Shown: one piece after another, positions 48,679 to 62,222 of the stretch
Numbering within the stretch: position 1 is the first letter of the stretch
Layout of the letters: each line of letters begins with the position of its first letter
From: Chiloscyllium plagiosum
Taxonomy: Eukaryota
Direction: 5' to 3'
DNA: 64,000 nt
Assembly: GCF_004010195.1 (NCBI RefSeq)
Contig: NC_057719.1
Location: forward strand, 26,415,426 to 26,479,425
Notes under the pieces: model-generated
The model's database searches: none
Told to the model about the DNA's origin: nothing
What the model saw: only the letters and a program-made list of their open reading frames with translations
Made by a program: the position numbers and the translations under genes

Positions 48679-50127
48679 CAAGAAACAAAAGCATTTTGAT
48701 AGAGTAAAGAATTGTGGAATGTTTACAGTACTGAAGGAGCTTGCTCAAGTCTTTGAGGAACTGCTTCCATTGACTGGAGGATCAGTAAGCAGAGGACAAA
48801 ATTGGCAACTAGGGGGAAGGTTGTTTGGTTATTTCACTATTTTTCTAATCTCCCATATCACATTCTGTGTAGTTTAGGTCACTTAACTTTTTAATGTGCA
48901 TGTCTCAACAGGCACAAAGTCTCTATATTTTTCTCTATTGACCTGGGCTCCCTCATCCAGTTTGGCACCTGGTCAAGCAACTTCTTGATACTCCGTTTCC
49001 AAATCTTTATTCAAAATGGTCTTGCCCTTCCATATTTCTGTCAATTCCTCTGACTCATTATTCTCCATTATTGCTGTTTGTTTAATTCTGTCTTGTATCC
49101 CTTCTCCTTTTTATTCCTACCCTATTCTGTTTGGTCATGCCTTCCATTGCATAGGTAATAACCTCTTGGAAGCTCCCACTTTTGGTTTTAAGAATCCTTT
49201 TCTAAAAAGGCACAAATGCTTAATCACACTTTTGATCATTTAACTTAATACCTACAAAAGGTGGTCAATATCATACTTTGTTTTATAATGCTGTTATGAA
49301 GTAGCTTATGATATTTAAAAGGTCATGTAAATATAGACTTGTATTGAAACATGTAAGGCCCTTTTTAGATATTAATCAGAAATGTGCCATAACATTATCT
49401 GTATACACTACTATATACAGTACACAATATATACATTTAAGAAGTTTCCCTGTTAGTGATTTTTTTTCTACAATTGATCTGTAAGGGGAATCGTATGAAA
49501 GAACTGCATGAGAAATGTAATTGTAATCAGTATATAGAAACTTACACATCTGAAAAGCTCTCACTGTTTGGACTCTCATCTGACTGTGAGTTGGGTATTG
49601 AAGTTCTAAGTTCTTAACTTCATTGATCTTAACTTTGATTAATCATAAACTCAGCAAGGATTGAAATCCATTTTTCCATAAGTATTCATGACTTTTCACC
49701 GAAGACAATTAATCGAATAAATTGCTTGATGCTGAATTGGCCTCCAGTCTCGAGTACTGTTGGAGTTGCACTCCTCTTTGAGATAAAAACAGAAAATGGA
49801 AGAAATACTCAGGTTAAACAGCATTTGCAAAACGAGAAAGCGTTAACGTTTTTAGATATATTGCTTCACCAGAACACTCTTCAAACATCTAATTAAATGG
49901 AAGGGCTGTTTCCATGCCGTATGACTTTGTTTAATTTCACATTGAACAGTCTGTGAGCAACAGGAGTATACAGCAGACTATACCATGTTTACGATTGCAC
50001 ACTGTTAATGTGGCCTCTCTAGGTTTGGAAAGCAAGTTGTGAACAACTTTTTTAGCTTGCTTGTAAAATGTATTTGTGGTTTTAGCAGACCTCTCTTTGA
50101 CCTGAAGCAGTGCTGATCTTGAGTTAA

Positions 50128-50174
50128 TGCATTGGTTCCTGGTTGTGTTGCATTGGTTCCTGGTTGTGTTGCAT
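50128..50174 (+). repeat. Perfect 21-bp tandem duplication
   Basis: (TGCATTGGTTCCTGGTTGTGT)x2 followed by TGCAT. Confidence 0.95.
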
Positions 50175-50367
50175 GATTGTGGTGTTTGCAATGAAAAGAA
50201 CAGTGGAATCACAAAAGGAAAATAGGTGGTAGAGCTTCATTTTATATAGTTGTGAAACATGGTTGTATAAAAGCAGCTCAATGAGTTTTGATAAATCTTG
50301 GCTAGTGTTAGTTTTATCATCCAATTTAATCTACAACCAAGTGTGCTCTGTTTGGCACATCCATTAG

Positions 50368-52660
50368 CATCATAGAGATACAGTATATAGCACAGAACTG
50401 ACCCTTCAGTCCAACTTGCCCATGCTAAACAGATATACTAAATAAATCTAACCAACTTTTGCCAGTATTTGGCCCATATCTCACTAAAACCGTCCTATTC
50501 ATATCAATCCAAATGTCTTTTTAAATGTTGTAATTGTACCAACCTCTTCCACTTCAACTTCCTCTGGCAGGTTATTCCATACACTCACCACCCTCTGTGA
50601 AAAAGTTGCCCATTAGATCCCATCTAAATCGTTCCCTTCTCACCTTTTAAAATAGAGGGCATAGGTTTTAGACAGCCTCAACCCAAGGAAAAGACCTTGT
50701 CTCTTTACCCTATCCATGCCCCTCATGATTTTATAAACCTCTATAATGTCACCCCTCAGCATCTAACACAAGGAAAAGTAGCCATAGACTATCTGCCCCA
50801 CTTGCTCAAGCCCTCCAACCCTGGTCGTGTCTTTGTAAATCTTTCCTCAACCACTTCAATTTTCATAACATCCTTCCTAAAGCAGGAAGACCAGAATTCC
50901 ACATGATATTTCAATAATGTCCTAACCTGTACAGCTGCAACATGACCTCATAAATATTGCACTCCGTGCACTGACCAGTAAAGGCAAGCTTCACTATCCT
51001 AACTACCTGCGACATCACTTTTTTCAAGGAACTATAAACTTGCACTCTAAGGTTTTTTTTTGTTCCACAACACTCCCCAGGACCTTTATCATAAAGTGTA
51101 ATCATCCTGCCCTGATTTGCCTTTCCAAAATGCAACACCTCGCATTTATCTAAATTAAACTCCATCTGCCTTTCCTCAGCCCATTGGCCCATCTGATCAG
51201 AATCATGTTGTATTCTGAAGTAACCTCCTTCGCTGTCCACTACAGCTTCCCATTTTGGTCTAATCTGCAAACTTATTAACCATACCTCCCATGTACATAT
51301 CCAAATCATTTATATAAATGGCAAAAAGCAGTGGACCCGGCACAGAACCTTTTTGGCAATCCACTGTTCACAGGCACTGAAAAGCAACTCTCCACCATAA
51401 CCCTTTGTCTTCTATCTTTTTGAGCTACTTCTGTATCCAAATAGCTAGTTCTCCCTCTATTCCATGTGATCTAACCTCACTAACCAGTCTAGTGTGAGGA
51501 GTCCTGCCGAATGCCTTATTGAAGTCCATATAAGTGACATGAGCTGCTCTGCCCTCGTCAGTCGTCTTTATTACTTCAAAAAACTCAATCAAGTTAGTGA
51601 GACACAATTTTCCTTGCACAAAACCATGTTGACAATTCATAATCAGTCCTTGCGTTTGCAAACGCATCATAAATCCCATCCCTCAGGGCTCCTTCCAGGA
51701 ACTAGCCCACCACTGACCTCGGGCTCAGCAGTCTATAGCTCCTGGCTTTTCCTTACCACCTTCCTTTTAAATAGTGGTGCCACTTTAGCCAACCTCCAGT
51801 TTTCCAGCACCTCACCTGTGGCTATTGATACAAATCACTCCTCAAGGGGCCCAGCAATTTCTTCCCTAGCTGCCCACAGTTCTAGGTTATAACTGATCAG
51901 GTCTGGAGATGTATCCACCTTCATGCATTTTAAGATGTCCAGTTCCACCAGCTCTGTACTATGGATATTTTTCAAGGTGTTGGGGGGTGGAGGAGAGGGT
52001 GGCAAGAGTACAGCATCTATACCCTGGAACATTAGGCTGCCAATCCTGTCCATCCCTGAGCCACCATTCTATAATTGCTGTGATATCCCAGTCCCATATT
52101 CCTGGTCATGCCCTGAATTCATCTGCCTTATCTGTTGGGTTTCTTGCATTGAAACCAATGCAGTTTAATTTAAGTCATACCTTGTTCTGCATTCTATTCC
52201 TGTTTGCCTTAGTCCTTTTCCCAACTGTACCTGTCTCAGACTGATCTCTTTTCTTGCTATCTCCCCTGGGTCCCAACCTTTTCCTCCCTAAAGTTCTTAA
52301 ATCCTCCTGAGCAGCTCAAGCAAATCTCTCCTCCAGTATATTAGTCCCTTTCCAATTCAGGTGTAATCTGCAGTCCTTGTACAGGTCATTTCTCCCCCAG
52401 AAGACATTTTGAATTATCCAACAATGTGAATCATCTTTTATTCCCCTGCACTAGCTCCTCAGCCACTGATTCATCTGCACTGTCCTCCTATTCCTACCCT
52501 CATCAGGTTGTGGTACTGGGAGTAATCCAGATATTACTACTCTTGACTGACTTCAAATTCCTGCCTTACTTCCTATATTCTCTCCTCAGAATTTCATGCT
52601 TTTCTCTTCCTATGTCATTAGTTCCAATGTATTCAATGACCACCTGCTGGTCCCTCTTCC
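50368..52660 (-). mobile_element. CR1 LINE with internal deletions, including an ORF1 esterase remnant
   Basis: RT motifs QHGFVQGKLCLTNLIEFF and DFNKAF. The ORF1-type VV..IGTNDIGR motif is in ORF 52566-52844. Confidence 0.9.
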
Positions 52661-54097
52661 CTTGAATGTTCTGCATCATAAAGTTAAAACCTTTTGAAAC
52701 ACTTGATCTTCTGGATAAGGGTGCATTATAAAAATGATTGATTTTTGTATAGTTTGCTGCTAGATATTTCATGTAATCTGAATACACTGGTTCATATTGA
52801 TCTGCCGTTCCTTTCTTGTAGGAATAAAGAGTGACTCGCTTCACATGCGAGTGGGCCTCAGCAGTGAGTCAGTTGGGTATCCTAACTAATCTTGCTCTTC
52901 CTCTTTTTGTTGTTGTTGATTTTCCCCATGAGACTGGCTAACTTGATATGCATAGGCATGAACATGCGATATTTTTCAGTCTGAGATTGTTTCATTTGGC
53001 ACGGAACATTCAGTGAATTTTATTTTTCCCCCAAGTACCAAGGCCATTCGCTTGGTATTTTGCCAATTTTGCTTAATCTGTTTATTTCCAAAATGTTTTT
53101 AATGTTGATGTGCTATCCTGTCTTCACTCATCAACATAAATTTGTGCAAAACCTGATTTAGTACAGAATTTCACAATGCCCCTCAGGGGTCCTATTGAGC
53201 GCACTTCTTCAAAGGTTTATTTAATTCTGCTCTTCAAAGCCTCTGTCAGCATAAGGCTGTGGCCTTTGATTTCCAATTGTGCAGTCCAGTGTATCCCTCT
53301 GCCTAACTCTTCTAGATACTAATTTGTCGCCACTTGTTTTGAATTCTGCAAATTTTGTTGCAGGTGATCATGTTACTCAAACTGCAAAAATAGTCATACA
53401 GTTCCAGCGTAAGCTCACTGAAGGCTTGTTTAGAGCCAGATGTCTGCATCTTTTTTAACAGTTCTGGAATGTGTCCAACGATGTTCTGTTAGAAGCCACA
53501 TGTGGTCAAAATGAAAATAAGTGGACAATAGAAGATAATACACAAGGACGACATCAGAATTTGCATGGTTACATGTCTTGTACTGTCTCAAGTGTTGCTA
53601 GTAATTTAGTTTATATTTAAACACCGCAATGTGGAATAGTCTACTGATTTTTAGGCTTTTGTTTATAAAATAGGGGTGGATTAGCTCTTGCCGAGTGAAG
53701 TATTTGTCCTTATCTGGAACCAGTAAAATTCGGTCATAGGAGACTATCAATGCAGTTGTTTGTTAGTTTCTTAGTTTTGTTAGTTTGTTAAACTGAGTAA
53801 CATTAAATAGTTAATTTTCCACAATCCAGTGCAAATATGCCACAGTGAGCTGCTATGTATGTGAGTGACAATTTTTTTTCATAGAAATTACATTTTACTT
53901 TTTAAATAGATATTATTCTTTTGTTAGACATTTTTCTGCTGTTTTCTCATAGCATTTATGGAAGCTTGAGTGATAACAAACATTCATGTTGATGCGTGGA
54001 CTAACACTTAAACTGACAGGATTAACGTCGGTGATAGGACGTCCAATATTCCTAACTAGAAGGTGGACAGACCTGTATAAATGAAAAATTATAATCC

Positions 54098-54395
54098 AGT
54101 CCAGAACCAGAGGACATAATTTTAGGGTGAGAGGGGAAGATTCAAAAGGGACCAAAGGGGCAACTTTTCTCATACAGAGGGTGGTATGTGTACAGAATGA
54201 GCTACCAGATGAAGTGGTGGAAGCTGGTACAAATACAACATTTCAAAGACATCTGGATGGGTATATGAATAGGAAGGGTTTAGAGGGATGTGGGCTAAGT
54301 GCTGGCAAATGGGACTAGATTTAGGTTAGGATACCTGGTTGGCATGGATGAGTTGGACTGAAAGGTCAGTTGCATGCTGTACATATGATGACTCC
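54098..54395 (+). mobile_element. CR1 LINE 3' tail
   Basis: QRVVCVQNELPDEVVEAG..FQRHLDGYMNRKG plus tail. Confidence 0.88.
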
Positions 54396-54399
54396 TTAG

Positions 54400-56805
54400 T
54401 TAGACAATAGATGCAGGAGTAGGCCATTCTGCCCTTCGAGCCTGCACCACCCTTCAATATGATCATGGCTGATCATCCTTAATCAGTGTCCTGTTCCTGC
54501 CTTTATCTCCATAACCCTTGATTCCACAATCCTTGAGAGCTCTAGGCAACTCTTTCTTAAATGAATCCAGAGACTGGGCCTCCACTGCCCTCCGGGACAG
54601 AGCATTCCACACAGCCACCACTCTCTGGGTGAAGAAGTTTCTCCTCATCTGTCCTAAATGGTCTACCCCGTATTTTTAAGCTGTGTCCTCTGGTTCGGCA
54701 CTCACCCATCAGCGGAAACATGTTTCCTGCTGCCAGAGTGTCCAATCCTTTCATAATCTTATGTCTCAATCAGATTCCCTCTCAGTCTTCTAAACTCAAG
54801 CCCAGTCGCTCCAGTCTTCCAGTGTAAGGTAATCCCGCCATTCCAGGAATTGACCTCGTGAACGTACGCTGCACTCCCTCAATAGCCAGAATGACTTTCC
54901 TCAAATTTGGAGACCAGAACTGCACACAGTACTCCAGGTGTGGTCTCACCAGAGCCCTGTACAGCTGCAGAAGAACCTCTTTGCTTCTGTACTGAATCCC
55001 TCTTGTTATGAAGGCCAGCATGCTATTCGCCTTTCACCTACCTGCTGTACCTGCATGCTTACCTTCATTGACTGGTGTACAAGAACACCCAGATCTCTGT
55101 ACTGCCCCTTTACCTAAATTGATTCAATTTGGGTAGTAATCTGCCTTCCTGTTCTTGCCACCAAGGTGGATAACCATACATTTAACCGCATTAAACTGCA
55201 TCTGCCATACATCTGACCACTCACCTAACTTGTCCAGGTCACCCTGTAATCTCCTAACATCATCACATTTCACCCTTCCACCCAGCTTAGTATCATCAGC
55301 AAATTTGCTAATGTTATTGCTAATACCATCTTCTATATCATTAACATATATTGTAAAAAGCTGCAGTCCCAGTACTGATCCCTGCAGTACCCCACTGGTC
55401 ACTGCCTGCCATTCCGAAATGGAGCCCTTTATCACTACTGTTTGTTTCCTATCAGCCAACCAACTTTCAATCCAAGTTAGTACTTTGCCCCCNNNNNNNN
55501 NNNNNNNNNNNNNNNNNNNNNNNNNNNNNNNNNNNNNNNNNNNNNNNNNNNNNNNNNNNNNNNNNNNNNNNNNNNNNNNNNNNNNNNNNNNNNNNNNNNN
55601 NNNNNNNNNNNNNNNNNNNNNNNNNNNNNNNNNNNNNNNNNNNNNNNNNNNNNNNNNNNNNNNNNNNNNNNNNNNNNNNNNNNNNNNNNNNNNNNNNNNN
55701 NNNNNNNNNNNNNNNNNNNNNNNNNNNNNNNNNNNNNNNNNNNNNNNNNNNNNNNNNNNNNNNNNNNNNNNNNNNNNNNNNNNNNNNNNNNNNNNNNNNN
55801 NNNNNNNNNNNNNNNNNNNNNNNNNNNNNNNNNNNNNNNNNNNNNNNNNNNNNNNNNNNNNNNNNNNNNNNNNNNNNNNNNNNNNNNNNNNNNNNNNNNN
55901 NNNNNNNNNNNNNNNNNNNNNNNNNNNNNNNNNNNNNNNNNNNNNNNNNNNNNNNNNNNNNNNNNNNNNNNNNNNNNNNNNNNNNNNNNNNNNNNNNNNN
56001 NNNNNNNNNNNNNNNNNNNNNNNNNNNNNNNNNNNNNNNNNNNNNNNNNNNNNNNNNNNNNNNNNNNNNNNNNNNNNNNNNNNNNNNNNNNNNNNNNNNN
56101 NNNNNNNNNNNNNNNNNNNNNNNNNNNNNNNNNNNNNNNNNNNNNNNNNNNNNNNNNNNNNNNNNNNNNNNNNNNNNNNNNNNNNNNNNNNNNNNNNNNN
56201 NNNNNNNNNNNNNNNNNNNNNNNNNNNNNNNNNNNNNNNNNNNNNNNNNNNNNNNNNNNNNNNNNNNNNNNNNNNNNNNNNNNNTCCTCCTTTATATTAT
56301 TGGCCAGTTTACCTTCGTACCTCATTTTTCTCTGCGTATTTCCTTCATAGTAATCCTCTGTTCTTTAAAAGCTTCCCAGTCCTCCGTTTTCCCACTTATC
56401 TTTGCTATGTTATACTTATTCTCTTTTAACTTTATATGTTTCTTAACTTCCCTCGTCAGCCACGGCCACTCATGCCGTCTCCTAGGATCTTTCTTCCTTT
56501 TTGGAATGAACTGATCCTGCAACTTCTGCATTATACACAGAAATATCCACCATTGTTCCTCCACTGTCATCCCTGCTAAGGTATTGCATCTTTGAACTTT
56601 GGCCAGCTCCTCCCTCATAGCTCCATAGTTCCCTTTATTCAACAGAAATATTGTCACTTCTGATCATACCCTCTCCCTCTCAAATTACGGATTGAAGCTT
56701 ATTGTATTATGGTCACTACTTCCCAATGGCTCCTTCACTTAGGGGTCCCTGACCAATTCTGGTTCATTGCACAATACCAGATCCAGAATTGCCTTCTCCC
56801 TGGTC
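54400..56805 (-). mobile_element. Young CR1 LINE spanning the assembly gap
   Basis: VTSGVLQGSVLG, ISKFADDTKLGG and LEYCVQFWSP before the gap. Tether-region WPWLTREVK and the endonuclease end after it. Confidence 0.92.
55493..56284. other. Assembly gap (792 N)
   Basis: Run of N. Confidence 1.
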
Positions 56806-57014
56806 GGGGAGGTAAAAGTAGAGTGATACAGGTAGATGCATGTTAACTGCTGCAAAACCAGACAAATGAATATGGTGAGAGTAAACAGTTGTGGGCAAGA
56901 AACAGAATATGATGACGTTAGCTCATATTCTAATCAATGTGTGAAAAGATAAACATTGGAGGTCCCACAAGGTTCATTGATTATTACTACACCACTCCTT
57001 CCCTTTTAATGTAT

Positions 57015-57320
57015 GTGGACCAGCAATCCAGAACCTCGCGGCAATATTCTGGGGATGTAAGTTCACATTCTAATGCAGCAGATGATGGTGAAATTTGAAT
57101 TTAGTGAAAAATCTGGAAAAGAAAGCTAGAGGTGAGCATGTAACCACTGTTGATCATTTTTGTTATGTAAAACAAAAAATGTTCACTAATGTCCCGTAGG
57201 GAAGAAAATCTGATCTTACCTGGTTTAACCCTGTATGTGACCTCAAATTCACATCAGTGTGGTTGACTCTTTAAATGTCCTTTGGACCTTAGCCAGCAGC
57301 CGGTGTATCCAGTGAACAAA
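57015..57320 (+). mobile_element. Second SINE family (tRNA-like head, GTTCACTAATGTCC..AGGGAAG.AAATCTG core); reverse copy at ~60415-60690
   Basis: Two diverged copies in opposite orientation. The tail resembles the end of the LINE at 40690. Confidence 0.55.
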
Positions 57321-57859
57321 TGGCATGGATGGGGAAAAACATTAGTGACAATTTAACTGGAGTTAATTTTATGATGAAATTTGCTGATTAGCAAATTGAC
57401 TAATACGACTGTACCCACAAACATTGGGTAATGTTACAGTTCCCCTCGACCAGCTTTTAAATCCATTCATGAGATATGGGCATTTGTGGCTGGGTGAGTA
57501 TTTAGTGCCCATCTCCTAGTTGCTCTTGTATGTAGTGAATACCTACCTTCCTTAGTTCATTTTGTGTAAATAGCACCTGTGGTGTTTGGGAAGGAATTCC
57601 AGGATTTTTATCAAGCAACAATGAAGGAATAGCAAAATAGCTTTTAAAAAAAGTAGTTTTGAGGGTAACTCATGGCTTGTGGTGTTCCCTTGTATCTGCT
57701 GTTTTTCTAGATGATAGTGGTTTTGGGTTTGGAAGCTGCTGTCTGAGGAAACTTGGTGAATTCCTGCAGTAAATCTCGTAGATACTGCCGAATCTCTGTA
57801 ATGCAGGCAGTGGATATTTGTAGATGTCGATTTAACTGTGAAGGCTGCTTTATCTTGGC

Positions 57860-58590
57860 AGATGGAATATAATTGTGGGGAAAATGTGAAGTTATGTACA
57901 CTTTGGTGGGAAGAATAGAAAAGCTGCCTATTCAAATGGAGAAATGCTGAAATCTGCAGCGCAGGGATTTGGGAATCTTTGTGAATGAATCCTGCAAAGC
58001 TTGCATACAAATTCAGCAAGTAACAGGGAAGGCAAATTAAATATTGTCTGTTTATTTCAAAGGGAATGGAGTTTTTTTAAAAAAGATCTTGCTAAAACTA
58101 TTGGGCCACAGTTCGAATTGTTTTGGTCACCATATCCATGGGAAGATACACTGACGTTAGAGGCATGACTAGTTTTTGATCCTGAGTGTGGAGGATTTTT
58201 CTTGAGGAAAGGTTGAGTTAGTGATTGGTGTTTAGAAAAATTAGGAGACCTTATTGAAACCTATATGGGATTCTTGGATGTGAAGAGGTTTTTATCCCCT
58301 CTTTGCAGTCTAGGACCAGAGGGCATTACCCATGAATAGGAGCTTGCCTATTTGAAACGGATGAGGAGGAATCTCTTCTGAGGAAAATGAGGTAGGGAAT
58401 TCTTCCCCTGAATAGCTGTCAAGGCTGTGTCATTAAGTATATTTATGACTCAGAAGGCAAGTTGAATTTCTTACTAATTAAGGAGTCATGGGGAAATGGA
58501 AAGTGGAGTTTTAGTTATCAGTTGAGCCACAATCTCACTGGTGAAGCAGACTTGATGAACTAAATGGCCTACATTTGTTCTTGTTCTATG
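57860..58590 (+). mobile_element. Old CR1 LINE 3' fragment
   Basis: Degenerate gcagatggaatataat..aaatgtgaagttatg..tttgg and the later CR1 3' sequence. Confidence 0.7.
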
Positions 58591-58777
58591 GAAGGTGTTA
58601 AACATTTGGGAGACAAGTGATGAGTTACATGTTTTAGGATTCCTAGCCTCTGGCTTCCTCTTTTTAGCCACAATACTTTATATGTAGACAAGCAGGAGGC
58701 TGGAAGAACACAGTAAGCCAGGCAGCATCAGGAGATGGAGAAAGGTGCTTAAATATGCCCTTTAGTTCCACCCTGGT

Positions 58778-59600
58778 GAAAAGACCAGTGTCTATTTATG
58801 CTATCAATGCCCCTCATGATTTTATAAGCTTCCAAGATCACCCCTCAACCTCTGCTCCAAAGAAAATAGCCCCAGCCTATTCAGCCTCTCCCTATAACTC
58901 ACTTCCAAACCTGGCAGCGTTCTTGTAAATCTTTTCTGAACCCTTTCGAGTTCTGCAACGCTTTACAGCAGGGAGACCAGAATTGTGCACTTTTGTAACC
59001 ATGTTCTATACAATCTCAGCATGACCTCCCAACTCCTATACTCCGTGCACTGACCAATAAAGGCAAGCATAACAAATGCTATCTTCACCGTACTGTCTAC
59101 CTGGGACTCGATTTTCTCCACCCTTTGTCTTCTACCTTTTTGAGGCAGTTCTGTGTCCAAATGGCTAGTTCTCCCTCTATTCAATGTGATCTAACCTTGC
59201 TAGCCAGCTTACCATGAGGAGCCTTGTCGAGCAGCTTTTTTTTAAGTCCATGCAGATCATGTCCACCACTCTGCTTTCATCAATCCCCTTTTTGTAATTT
59301 CTTCAAAAACAAACTCCATCAAGTTTGTGCATGCGAAATCATGACTCACCAAGCCAGGTTGACTATCCCTAATCATGATTAGTTCTGCACCAAAACTCCT
59401 GATGAAGGGCTTTTGCCCGAAACGTCTATTCTCTTGCTCCTTGGATGCTGCCTGACCTGTGCTCTTCCAGCACCCCACTCTCTACTCTGATCTCCAACAT
59501 CTGCAGTCCTCACTTCATTCCTAATCAGCCCTTCCTTTTCCAAATATGTTTAAATCCTGTCCCTCAGGATCCCCTCCAACAACTTGCCCACTGATGTCAG
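58778..59600 (-). mobile_element. CR1 fragment with an inserted short hammerhead element (59376-59519)
   Basis: CR1 RT-region sequence. The insert is flanked by CCTAATCA at 59368-59375 and 59520-59527 and has core CTGATGA A GGGC tttt GCCC GAAA CG TC at 59399-59426. Confidence 0.85.
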
Positions 59601-61527
59601 CCTCATGAATCAAGGTCCTTCAGATTTGAAGATTGTTGCAAATGTTCAGCCGCCTTCTTTTTACACTGACATGTTGCGTTTCCCCATCACTGAAGGTGGG
59701 GATATTTGTGGACCTTCCTCCTCCAGTGAACTGTTTAATTCTTCACCATCGTTCACCGTTGAATGTGAGGTATGTCAGAGCTTGCATCTATCTAATCTGT
59801 TGGTTGTTGGATCACTTAGCCCTATCTATCACTTGCTTATGCTATTTACATGTAAATAGTCCTGTAGCTTCAGTAGGTGTTTATCGTATTTATATGTATG
59901 TCTAATGCTACTGTTAGTATTCCCAACTATAATCTGAAACAGTTGATCACTGGTCTGATGGTTGTTAAACTTGGGTGGGGAGCATACTTGACCATAGGGT
60001 TGAAGAGTGTGTTGGAGTGTATTGCTGCTGATGTCCCACAGTACATCATGGAGCCCAGTCTGTAATTGTTAGATCTGTTTGAAATCCCTTTAAAAATAGT
60101 GTAGTGCCTCAACATTATGGAGGATATACTCAATGTGAAGGTAAAACTTTGACCCAAAAGGACTGTGAGATGGTCACTTATGTTGAGACAGTCATGGGTA
60201 GATTATCTGTGATTAACTGTTTCTTGCCCTCTTGGTTGCTCCCCACCTTCTGCATGTCTTTCAGCACTCAAAATACAAGGACATGTGAATAAAATTGCAG
60301 AATGACAATATTCGCAAAAATTTAAACATTTTACAATTTGGGGTAGTAAATAAGTTGCAGGTAAAAATAGTAAATTTTATACAGGAGCAAAGAGATCTTG
60401 CACCTTTTTTCATTTGTTTACGGGATATGGCATTTGTGTGTAAACCAGCATTTATTGCCCATTCCCACTTGTCTAGACTGGGGTGTGGGTCTGAAATCGC
60501 AGGTAGGCTAGACCAGGTCAGGATGACAGATTTCCTTTCTTTCAAAGGACCGTAGTGAATCGGGTAAGTGTTTTTGACAATCTGCATTTATGTGGTCACC
60601 ATGGACTTTTTTATATTGAATTCAAATTTCACCATCCAACGTGGGCTAGTAATTCAAAACTCCAGTAAGATTACCACATTACTGCCTCCCCTACACAAAT
60701 CACTAATACAATAAAGGTTTAATGTAGTTTGTTTATATTTTATAAACAAGAGATATTATGGCATTTTATCTCTAGAGGAGTTGAATTGACGAATTGACAA
60801 GCAAACAAGTTATGCTGAGCTTGTTTTGAAACTGAATTAGATCTATACAGCATGTGATAACCAGTCTTACTATTGTGTAAGATTGTGGAAGCAGTGGACT
60901 GGTGCCTAAAATATGCAAGTGTTATACTGGACTCAAAGTATTACCAATCGGTGACAAATGAAGGAGCACCAGAATCTCTCTTCGAACTGCATAGTGTTTG
61001 GCAAAAGTTGGGAAATGGGATTTGAACTGATAATCCTATTAAGGAGCTCACTAGCTAAGGTGTGGTGGCTTCTTGTTATAATTTGTGTCCAAATTGGTGA
61101 TTTGCTATTATTTTCAACGTTAACTTGTATCCACTTGGCAAACAGTACACCATAACCACACATTGAGGTTGGTTTTAATTTTATAACTTTAATTGCACCT
61201 GTGTAGTATCTCTAATTTTAAAGAACATATATACAAACAGCTTTCTTTATGAATATCTGGTAGCATTATTCTTTTGTGGGTAGAGAAGGCATCCTTGTAA
61301 TTTGCTTTGTAAGCTGTGATTTGAGAAAGATGCTATGATTTTGAGTGCGTTAAAGGTCAGGCGTGCCCCTCTAACTTAAGAACTAGTGAAATGTTACAGA
61401 GACCTTTTTTTAATCTGTTGGTATTGCATTGCCCAAGTTGTAAACAATATATGATACTACTAACTCCCAAATGTCACCTTTTTTATTCTAACTTCCCAGC
61501 CATCTGTGACAGGATGGATTATTTTTG

Positions 61528-61830
61528 TATAGGCTGAATGGACTGGGGCTATTTTTCCCTTGGGTGCTACAGACTGAGGGATGATCTTCTAGAGATTTGA
61601 GGTTGAGGGGCATGGATGAAGTGGAGAGTCCATAACTAGAGGGAATAGGTTTAAGGTGAGAGGGTAAAGGGACAACATTTTCATGCAGATGGTGGTGTGT
61701 GTCTGCAATGCCAGAGGCTGGAAGGGTTTAGAGAGATATAGGCCAAATGCTGACAAATGGAACTAGATAAATTTAGGACATCTGTTTGGCATGGAAGAGT
61801 TGGACTGATGGGTCTGTTTCTGTGCTGTAT
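61528..61830 (+). mobile_element. CR1 LINE 3' tail
   Basis: Similarity to the other CR1 tails. Confidence 0.8.
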
Positions 61831-62222
61831 ATTAAAAGTGCTAATGTAAAATTCTGCTTTGAGTAATACAGCAGAAGAGCATTCTTTAAATAGTCTTGAG
61901 GTCACTTGAAATTGTCTGAATCCATTCTATACTTAAAGTCTTCAGTGCAGGTTTGTGTGCTAACATCCATTGTGGTTTTTACAAAAACCGAAATTGCTGG
62001 AAGAAGCTTGCAGGTCTGTGAGCATCTGTGGAAGAAAAAAAGTTAACATTTTGAGTCCAGTGATCCTCCTTTTAACATTCTGTTCCAGGTTTGTTTCAGG
62101 TCTTCAGCACTTGCAGTTTTTATTCAAACATGATTTTGAAGTAGGCTTACTGTGGCTTGAATAAGCACACTATTTAGTTAGTAACTTGATCATTACTAAT
62201 TCTTTGAAAATTTCTTTTTCAG

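Noticed and set aside
55155..56429. 424-aa and 282-aa ORFs
   Set aside because: Artefacts of translating through the 792-N gap.
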